A stretch of 32,000 bases of DNA. It comes from an uncultured archaeon. Lineage in GTDB: Archaea; Micrarchaeota; Micrarchaeia; Micrarchaeales; CABMGC01. Every line of letters begins with the position of its first letter. Positions within the stretch are counted from its first letter, which is position 1. The notes below the pieces were generated by a model. That model saw only the letters and a list, made by a program, of their open reading frames with translations. It had not been told where the DNA came from and ran no database searches. Below are positions 1 to 5,925 of the stretch, in pieces. The DNA lies in NCBI GenBank assembly GCA_963704435.1, contig OY969902.1, forward strand, positions 480,001 through 512,000, read 5' to 3'. The position numbers were made by a program, and so were the translations under genes.

Positions 1-2
1 TG

Positions 3-449
3 TCATTCATGAGGAAGAACGGAATAGGCAACATAATATCCATCGGGGGCACGCCCACCCAAAAGCAGGGCCCAGCTCCTTACATCATATCCTCAGATTC
101 TGCGATGGTGAAGAAGGCGGCCGCGCAGGGCATAAAGAGGATACAGGAAGGCGTTATCGCCGGAGTTAGCGCTGTCCTGATGACGAGCGCGGATGAGTTC
201 GGCATAACCGCCTCCAACCTGCTGGTCGAGGTAAATCCGGTGATAATGGATCCCAAGTACGCCAAGACCGCGATACAGGGGCTCCAGAAGCTGACCGGCC
301 TGAAGATAGATCTGGCTGACCTGGACAAGGAGACCAAGGAGGTCGAGGCCAGGGTCAGGGAGATGCTTAAGAAGGCGAAGGACACGCACGAGCACTACAA
401 TGAGGCCGCAGCGGGAGCCGGTGCGGAGGGCCCTTCGATGTACGCTTGA
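3..449 (+). CDS. Proteasome assembly chaperone PAC2/PbaA-family protein, C-terminal part (gene runs off the left edge)
   Basis: The frame is open to the window edge. The sequence pattern (..GVIAGVSAVLM..DPKYAKTAIQGLQKL..) resembles archaeal PAC2/COG1938 proteins. The C-terminus ...SMYA fits an HbYX (hydrophobic-Tyr-X) proteasome-docking motif. Confidence 0.5.
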   Translation, partial: SFMRKNGIGNIISIGGTPTQKQGPAPYIISSDSAMVKKAAAQGIKRIQEGVIAGVSAVLMTSADEFGITASNLLVEVNPVIMDPKYAKTAIQGLQKLTGLKIDLADLDKETKEVEARVREMLKKAKDTHEHYNEAAAGAGAEGPSMYA

Positions 450-461
450 CGCTTCTGCGGT

Positions 462-564
462 GCGGGGGTGGCAGAGTCTGGTCTGGCAAAGCCACAGAAA
501 AATGCGCAGGACTTAAGATCCTGTGGCCTCAGCGCCTTCGAGAGTTCAAATCTCTCCCCCCGCA
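462..564 (+). tRNA. tRNA-Leu (anticodon UAA) with a ~14-16 nt insert in the D-loop (putative non-canonical intron)
   Basis: Hand-folded cloverleaf: acceptor GCGGGGG/CCCCCGC. Anticodon stem CAGGA/TCCTG with loop CTTAAGA (TAA at 514-516). Long variable arm 524-539. T-arm GAGAG-TTCAAAT-CTCTC. Discriminator A. No encoded CCA. The D region (471-505) is about 16 nt too long and contains the hairpin TGGC-AAA-GCCA (484-494). Confidence 0.8.
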
Positions 565-584
565 ATCATTAAGGAAAAGTATTG

Positions 585-592
585 TTAATTTT
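585..592 (+). promoter_or_regulatory. Putative TATA box for tRNA-Thr
   Basis: TTAATTTT is centred about 27 nt upstream of the tRNA 5' end at 616. Confidence 0.4.
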
Positions 593-615
593 GCATGCGA
601 CAGATATTGAAGTAT

Positions 616-687
616 GCCCCTGTAGCTCAGTGGTAGAGCGTCTGCATGGTAAGCAGAAGGCCGCGAGTCCAATTCTCGTCGGGGGCT
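616..687 (+). tRNA. tRNA-Thr (anticodon GGU)
   Basis: Cloverleaf: acceptor GCCCCTG/CGGGGGC. D-arm GCTC-AGTGGTA-GAGC. Anticodon stem TCTGC/GCAGA with loop ATGGTAA. 5-nt variable loop. T-arm GCGAG-TCCAATT-CTCGT. The T-loop deviates from the usual TTC. Confidence 0.8.
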
Positions 688-732
688 GTACTCGCAATGC
701 GAGGGCGCATCAAAGATTCGTAGGAGATTTAA

Positions 733-1821
733 ATGGACGGAGAGGTTGTCTATCTATTCGTATACGACGTGGGCACCAAGTTCACTGAGGAGCAGCTGAA
801 AGGCATGCTCAAGAACCCCGAGGACTTCTCAAAGCACGAATACGCGAAACCCACCCCTGAGGAGATTGTCTCAATCAGGATACCCTTCATATTCAATCTC
901 AAGGAGGAGACGCTGGAGAACAAGAAGGAGGTCCTGAAGTTCAAGGTCCAGTGCGCGATATACACGACAGGGAGCTACTCGATAAGGGTCAGGCACCGTT
1001 TCTCCCAGGCTGACGCGGAGTTCCTGAAAAGGCTGGCGTTCGACAGCGGCATTTGGGAGTTCGTGACGAAGGCGGAGCAGAAGGCAAAGGTGAAGGTGGA
1101 GGCGTCGCTGTCGAAAATAAGCCAGATAAAACCCAGCAGCCAGAACGAGATCTACAACTTCTATTACATCGAGGGCGAGAAGGGCGACATCGTAAGGAAG
1201 CACCGGAGCCTGATAACGGGAATGCTCATCGACGAGCCGAATCCCGATGCGCTGGAGGCCTCGTATTCCACGGAGGTCATGAAAAGGAGGCTATCGTACA
1301 CGGCCTCCGAAGTCACATATGTGGGATGGGAAAGCGCGGTCAGGATAGACACGGCGAAGTCGTATGAGTACGAGGTGCTTCTCGCGGAGATAGCCAATGT
1401 GCAGCTGCTGGAACTGCGAATACACCACGACGCCATATCGAAGAAGATAGCCGACACTGACGTCCTGATGACGCAGCTATTCAACCCGCGCAGGTTCTCG
1501 AAGGGAGTCGACCTCAGGAAGCTCAACCTGATGCTCGGGGAGCTCTACAAAAACACAAAGGATACGATAACCGCAGTGAACGACACGATATACGGGTTCG
1601 GGGACTGGTACCTGGTGAAGCTGTACGGCCTCTTCAACGACGTCTTCCAGATAGACGAATGGAGGGCCTACCTGGATCGGGACCTGCAGACGGTAGAGCA
1701 GAGGAGGGTCTTCGTCTCCGAGATAATAAGCAACAACGGACAGCGGTTGCTGGAGCTGATAGTCATCTCGCTGATAGTGCTTGAGGTGCTCCTGGAGGTC
1801 CTCTACCTGATCAGAATCTAG
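733..1821 (+). CDS. DUF155 / RMND1 (YagE)-family protein with C-terminal transmembrane helix
   Basis: N-terminal VVYLFVYDVG. The C-terminal ...DWYLVKLYGLFNDVFQIDEWRAYLDRDLQTVEQRR...RLLELIVISLIVLEVLLEV matches my recollection of the DUF155 C-terminal signature (..LEwiIIiLIaiEvvl). GGAG lies 8 nt upstream of the ATG. Confidence 0.55.
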   Translation: MDGEVVYLFVYDVGTKFTEEQLKGMLKNPEDFSKHEYAKPTPEEIVSIRIPFIFNLKEETLENKKEVLKFKVQCAIYTTGSYSIRVRHRFSQADAEFLKRLAFDSGIWEFVTKAEQKAKVKVEASLSKISQIKPSSQNEIYNFYYIEGEKGDIVRKHRSLITGMLIDEPNPDALEASYSTEVMKRRLSYTASEVTYVGWESAVRIDTAKSYEYEVLLAEIANVQLLELRIHHDAISKKIADTDVLMTQLFNPRRFSKGVDLRKLNLMLGELYKNTKDTITAVNDTIYGFGDWYLVKLYGLFNDVFQIDEWRAYLDRDLQTVEQRRVFVSEIISNNGQRLLELIVISLIVLEVLLEVLYLIRI

Positions 1822-1880
1822 GCGGTTCTCCATCGCGTTTTCCCTGCTTTGTTATTCTTGCGCGGACGCCTTCGGAAAGG

Positions 1881-1888
1881 CATAAATA
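1881..1888 (+). promoter_or_regulatory. Putative TATA box for the hypC operon
   Basis: CATAAATA is centred about 30 nt upstream of the GTG start at 1916, implying a near-leaderless transcript. Confidence 0.35.
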
Positions 1889-1915
1889 ACTGAAAAACCA
1901 AAGTGAACCGATAGC

Positions 1916-2113
1916 GTGTGCCAAGTGCTAGTGGGTAGGGTAACGGAAGTTAGGGGAACTTCCATAACCGTCGAGAGGGAAGGGAGGCTGGAGGAGCTGA
2001 ATGCGAAGCTGGTCACAGTCGGGGATGGCGATTATGTCACTTTCTCAAAAGGCATGGCCATAGAAAAGATCGACAAGGAAGAAGCCGATATGCTGCTGGG
2101 GAATTTCGAATGA
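1916..2113 (+). CDS. hypC: [NiFe]-hydrogenase maturation chaperone HypC/HupF family
   Basis: 65 aa. A GTG start gives the N-terminal Met-Cys that is diagnostic for HypC. The rest matches the HypC pattern: ..VGRVTEV.. and GDGDYVTFSKGMAIEKIDKEEA. The stop overlaps the next start (ATGA). Confidence 0.75.
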   Translation: MCQVLVGRVTEVRGTSITVEREGRLEELNAKLVTVGDGDYVTFSKGMAIEKIDKEEADMLLGNFE

Positions 2114-2721
2114 GCGCGATAAAAATAGACTCCGCGGCAATACCGCTGCTCGTAAACTACGGCCTTGGCTGCGTCAATGACCTGGTCAGGGAAGGTTTCA
2201 TTACTCCGGAGCGCGCTAAAAGCCTGGTCAACCGCGCCTTCGCCGATGAACCGCTGACTCTTGCCGACGCCCGCAGTTTCAGGAACGCGTATGTCAAGTG
2301 CACGATTCTGGCGTCAAAGATGGGCAAGGGCTCGATAGATACGGAGGTCGTAAGGACATATTTCCTCGACCCGTCCCAGCACAACAGCTACGTCGACCGC
2401 CTCTGGGAGGCTACGAAAGACTTCGACCGCGAGGGCTGCAAAAGTGGGATTGGAACTATTCGTAAGCTGGATGAGAGATCGGTGGTGGTGGCCATAGATT
2501 TCGGCGGCGGACCCCGCCTGCGGACCTATGCCAGCCACATGAAAGGCCTGCGTATGGGTGACGACGTGGCGGTCCACGCAGGATACGTCGCGGAAGGCAT
2601 GTCGAAAGAGCTTGCGGACCTGGTCTCCAGGCTGAAGAGCGCAGATTCCGCGCAGAGAGACTTGCTGCTCGGGGTGTTCAAATCGAAGGACGGAAAGGAA
2701 AAGAAGCGAATAAGGTCCTGA
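2110..2721 (+). CDS. Two-domain protein: unknown ~110-aa N-terminal domain plus C-terminal HypC/HupF-like domain
   Basis: Residues ~111-175 (CKSGIGTIRKLDERSVVVAIDFGG...GLRMGDDVAVHAGYVAEGMSKELADLV) follow the HypC pattern (C-x3-x-G-x-V... GDxVxVHxGxA..). I recognise no family for the N-terminal part. Confidence 0.5.
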   Translation: MSAIKIDSAAIPLLVNYGLGCVNDLVREGFITPERAKSLVNRAFADEPLTLADARSFRNAYVKCTILASKMGKGSIDTEVVRTYFLDPSQHNSYVDRLWEATKDFDREGCKSGIGTIRKLDERSVVVAIDFGGGPRLRTYASHMKGLRMGDDVAVHAGYVAEGMSKELADLVSRLKSADSAQRDLLLGVFKSKDGKEKKRIRS

Positions 2722-2735
2722 TCTTCGGAAATCCG

Positions 2736-3089
2736 ATGGTCGATAAGGACAGCATGCCGCTCAGGCTGATGCGAAGCCTCAGCAGAGAATTCCCACAGAT
2801 AGCGTTCAAGGAGTTCGACCCGAACGAGAACCTTGAGCGCGAAGGGAGGGACCTGAACATAATAGACGCGGTTGAGGGAATCGACAGGGTCACCTTGATA
2901 ACGGACATCGGTATGATAAGGACCCAGAAGGCGGTGTCGATGCACGATTTCGACCTCGGCCACACTCTTAAGCTGCTGAAGAAATTGAATTACATAGATT
3001 CGGTAAGGATATTCGGGGTTCCGATGGGGATAAGCGAGAAGGAAGCCCTGGAGCAGCTCGGCTCCCTCATTCGTGCCAATTTACTCTGA
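2736..3089 (+). CDS. [NiFe]-hydrogenase maturation endopeptidase (HycI/HybD/FrhD family). The conserved N-terminus extends upstream of the first ATG to at least 2712.
   Basis: Motifs: (KVLIFGN)PMVDKDSMPL = GNxxxxDDxxG region; NIIDAVEG = second metal-ligand Asp region; VSMHDFDL = His ligand region. The bracketed residues are encoded at 2712-2732, in frame, with no ATG/GTG/TTG between the upstream stop (2559-2561) and 2736. Confidence 0.75.
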   Translation: MVDKDSMPLRLMRSLSREFPQIAFKEFDPNENLEREGRDLNIIDAVEGIDRVTLITDIGMIRTQKAVSMHDFDLGHTLKLLKKLNYIDSVRIFGVPMGISEKEALEQLGSLIRANLL

Positions 3090-4362
3090 GGAAGTGGCTC
3101 GCGCAGCTCATGCACGGGTCGTAGGCCCTTATCATCTTCTCCATCTCGAACTCGAGCTGCTTCTTGTCCTTCCCGATGTTGGCCTCCACGGTCTGCACTA
3201 TCGTCTTCTCCATGCAGATCTGGTTCTGCTGGGTGGGCACGATTATGTTGCCGTACGCGATCTTGCCGGTCTTGTCTATCGTGACCATGTAGTAGAGCAT
3301 GCCCCTCGGTGCCTCCACGAGGCCGATGCCCTCGCCCTCCTTTATCGTCGCGTGCGGAACCTGCTCATCCTTGAACTCGTTTGACTCGAGCAGCTCTATC
3401 GAATGGTCTATGCTGTGCAGCAGCTCTATCGACTGCGCGAGGTTGTTGTGGTATATGTTCTTCGAGGGGAAGGCGCTAATGTACTTGGCGGCGTCCCTCC
3501 TGGTGTCCGCATGGAGGTTCCCCCTGTTGAGGTTCATCCTCGCCAGCGCTCCGACCATGAACTCCCTGCCTTCGAAGTTGTAGCCCGTCGCCTCGGAGTA
3601 GGGTATGACCACCTTGTCGAGATAGTCCCTGTACCTGCTCTCTGGGATGACCGCGCCCCGCGTATCGTTGATGACGCCGTTGATGAAGGAATAGTCCTTC
3701 GTGACCAGCGATACGAAGTCCGTGTCGCGCTCGAGCCTGAAATCCGAGTTGTAGAACAAGTCGGTGAGCTCTATCACGTGGCCCCTTACCGATTTCAGCT
3801 CTGCGATCAGCTTCTTGACGTCTTCCGGGTCGGGTATGTGTGAGAACCTGCCCACTTCCGCGAATGTCGCATGCACCGCCCTTCCGGCTATGACCTTCGA
3901 GAGGTCGTTCCCCGCGCCCTTTATCGCGAACGCCTTCCTCAGCAGCTCGTTCTGCGTATCGTCGAAATCGAGGACAGAGTCCTTCCCCAAGATGTCGGGG
4001 AGGCTGAACAGGTAGAGGTGGAGGGCGTGGTCCCTTATCATCATGCCGTACATCGAGAGCTTCCTGAGCAGCAGCGTCTGGTCGGTGAGCTCGCAGCCTA
4101 TGGCCCTCTCTATCGCCTCCGAGCAGCACGTGAGGTGCGCTATGCTGCACGTCCCGCATATCCTGGAGGTGAGCAGCGGTAGCGCGACGGCGGACTTGCC
4201 CCTTATCGCCTGCGTGTAGAACCTCTTGCTCTCGGTTATCTTCAGCTTGACGTACTTGACCTTGTTGTCCTTTATCTTTATGTCGAGGCTGCCGTGTCCC
4301 TCTATCTTGCTCAGGTTGTCAAGGCGTATCTCCTCGCCCTTGTCCTTATGCATGGATAACAC
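3067..4362 (-). CDS. [NiFe]-hydrogenase large (catalytic) subunit, group-3-like
   Basis: N-terminal KIEGHG. Ni-Fe ligand motifs RICGTC (C69/C72) and DPCMSCASH (C417/C420/H423), followed by an 8-aa tail FLRVNWHE typical of a protease-cleaved extension. 431 aa. An alternative start lies at 4353. Confidence 0.9.
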   Translation of the reverse strand: MLSMHKDKGEEIRLDNLSKIEGHGSLDIKIKDNKVKYVKLKITESKRFYTQAIRGKSAVALPLLTSRICGTCSIAHLTCCSEAIERAIGCELTDQTLLLRKLSMYGMMIRDHALHLYLFSLPDILGKDSVLDFDDTQNELLRKAFAIKGAGNDLSKVIAGRAVHATFAEVGRFSHIPDPEDVKKLIAELKSVRGHVIELTDLFYNSDFRLERDTDFVSLVTKDYSFINGVINDTRGAVIPESRYRDYLDKVVIPYSEATGYNFEGREFMVGALARMNLNRGNLHADTRRDAAKYISAFPSKNIYHNNLAQSIELLHSIDHSIELLESNEFKDEQVPHATIKEGEGIGLVEAPRGMLYYMVTIDKTGKIAYGNIIVPTQQNQICMEKTIVQTVEANIGKDKKQLEFEMEKMIRAYDPCMSCASHFLRVNWHE

Positions 4363-4834
4363 CGAACTCCTTCAGGTACTTGTCCAGCGCCCTCATGAAG
4401 GCGCCCTCGTCCATCGGGCAGCCTGGGATATCGTCGTCGACCTGCACGATCTCCTTCAGCGACCTCACCCTTTCGGTCTGCTTGAACCTCTTGACCAGGA
4501 AGTCTATCTCCCCCCTCAGCTCAGTATCGAACATGTTCCTCTGCCCCGACGGCATCGCCTCGATGGCGCAAGACCCGACGGCCACCAGCCTCTTCGAGTT
4601 CTTCCGTATGGACCTGAGCCTCTTGGCGTCCGCCTCGGTCGTTATCGCCCCTTCGACGAAAGCGACGTCTATGTTCGCGAGCGAGTTGTTCCTCCTCAGG
4701 ACCCTCGCGTGCCTTATGTCAAGCAGGTCCTTCCACTTGAAGTAGTTCTCGTTCATCAGCTCCACCCAGACCATCGTGCTGTCTTCGCAGCAGGTGAAGG
4801 AGAACCAGCCTATCTTTAGCTTCTTTCCGGTCAC
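4346..4834 (-). CDS. [NiFe]-hydrogenase small subunit, minimal single-cluster form (162 aa)
   Basis: NuoB/20-kDa-type fold signature: KIGWFSFTCCEDS, IDVAFVEGAI, LVAVGSCAIEA, IPGCPMD. It has exactly four Cys (15, 16, 89, 139). It overlaps the large-subunit start. Confidence 0.8.
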   Translation of the reverse strand: MTGKKLKIGWFSFTCCEDSTMVWVELMNENYFKWKDLLDIRHARVLRRNNSLANIDVAFVEGAITTEADAKRLRSIRKNSKRLVAVGSCAIEAMPSGQRNMFDTELRGEIDFLVKRFKQTERVRSLKEIVQVDDDIPGCPMDEGAFMRALDKYLKEFGVIHA

Positions 4835-4856
4835 GGTAGGACTTTCGCTTTACCTG

Positions 4857-4864
4857 ATTATAAA
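4857..4864 (-). promoter_or_regulatory. Putative TATA box for the hydrogenase structural operon
   Basis: TTTATAAT on the minus strand is centred about 27 nt upstream of the small-subunit ATG (4834), implying a leaderless mRNA. Confidence 0.45.
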
Positions 4865-4915
4865 GCTTACGCGAATCCGCAGGGCCCTTGAATCGGAATT
4901 CCTTCAGCGTAAGCT
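4864..4915. promoter_or_regulatory. Inverted repeat between divergent promoters (possible operator)
   Basis: Perfect 9-bp arms AGCTTACGC (4864-4872) and GCGTAAGCT (4907-4915). A second imperfect inner pair is GAATCCG / CGGAATTC. The repeat sits between the two divergent TATA boxes. Confidence 0.35.
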
Positions 4916-4920
4916 CAGGC

Positions 4921-4928
4921 TTAAATAT
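4921..4928 (+). promoter_or_regulatory. Putative TATA box for the TrpF-like gene
   Basis: TTAAATAT lies about 31-38 nt upstream of the TTG start at 4959. Confidence 0.35.
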
Positions 4929-4958
4929 TGCAAAATCAACAACCACTAGGGGAGTCGT

Positions 4959-5768
4959 TTGGAGAAACCTTACGTCGGAGTCACAGGACCCACCTCACGC
5001 CAGGAAGTTTCCTCGGTCGTATCTGCCTTCAACGACAACTGCTTCAACATGCTCTACTCGCCGCACATGCCGATGCTTGGATTCCTAGTGTCGTACAAGA
5101 CTCTCGCGCAGGGACGGAATCCCGGAAATCTGCGATACCCGGAGCTTAGTGACCTGTCGCCCCTTCTCGAGGCTGCCAAGGACAAGGCGTTCGTGACGAT
5201 ACACTACAACACCAGGAACAGGGAGGGGCTCAGCGATGAGGTGCATGCGCTGCTCGAGCACGATAAGATAAGCGAGAGGGAACTGTGTGACGGGCTGCAG
5301 CTCAACGTCACGTGGCCCGATCCGGTCCAGGTAAGGGAGATAAAAGACAGGTATCCCGAGCTCAAGCTGATAATATCGCTCTCCAGAGACGCGATGGGGC
5401 TGCCGGCCAACCCGATTCCTCCAAAGGAGATTGCGGAGCGGGCGTCGGTATATTCGGATGCTGCGGACTATGTCCTCGTTGACCCTTCTGGCGGGTGGGG
5501 GATACCGTTCGATGCCGATCACGCTGCCAGCGTATACGAAGCGCTTTCGGACTACGTTCCTGCTGCGATAGGTTTTGCGGGAGGGCTTTCCGGGGAGAAC
5601 GCGAGAGAGACTGTCTCCAGGCTCAGCGAAGCGCTGGGCTCGGTGGATTTCTCGATAGACGCGGAGAGCTTGCTCAGGGACCCTGTGGGGCCAGGCTACG
5701 GAAACGACATCCTAAACCAGGGCAAGGTGCACTCCTACCTGACCGGCGTGTCCCGCGTCCTTCGCTGA
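4959..5768 (+). CDS. Phosphoribosylanthranilate isomerase (TrpF)-like TIM-barrel protein
   Basis: Pattern resembles PRAI: YVGVTG near the N-terminus, LQLNV, VLVDPSGGWGIPFD, IGFAGGLSGENA, DFSIDAES. TTG start. No other trp genes are nearby. Confidence 0.4.
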   Translation: MEKPYVGVTGPTSRQEVSSVVSAFNDNCFNMLYSPHMPMLGFLVSYKTLAQGRNPGNLRYPELSDLSPLLEAAKDKAFVTIHYNTRNREGLSDEVHALLEHDKISERELCDGLQLNVTWPDPVQVREIKDRYPELKLIISLSRDAMGLPANPIPPKEIAERASVYSDAADYVLVDPSGGWGIPFDADHAASVYEALSDYVPAAIGFAGGLSGENARETVSRLSEALGSVDFSIDAESLLRDPVGPGYGNDILNQGKVHSYLTGVSRVLR

Positions 5769-5925
5769 CGGCGCTACGCAGCTGAAACGGGCCGCATTAG
5801 TGACACCTAGGCATTCCACTATTCGATTTTTGACGCGGGTTAACGGGATAGTATCGGAATTTCCCGCGCGGGGCGCAATGCCTATATAAAGGATTTCCCA
5901 TTCTCTTGCTGAGTGAGGTGGTTCA

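Noticed and set aside
582-788. 68-aa ORF covering tRNA-Thr.
   Set aside because: It overlaps a well-folding tRNA and the true start of the DUF155 gene, and it has no coding signature.
3067-4834. Assigning the hydrogenase to group 4 (energy-converting) because of the CC motif in the small subunit.
   Set aside because: The large subunit has the EGHG N-terminal motif and a DPCxxCxxH C-terminus with a cleavable tail, and a dedicated endopeptidase is adjacent. These are group 1-3 traits. No membrane subunits are present.
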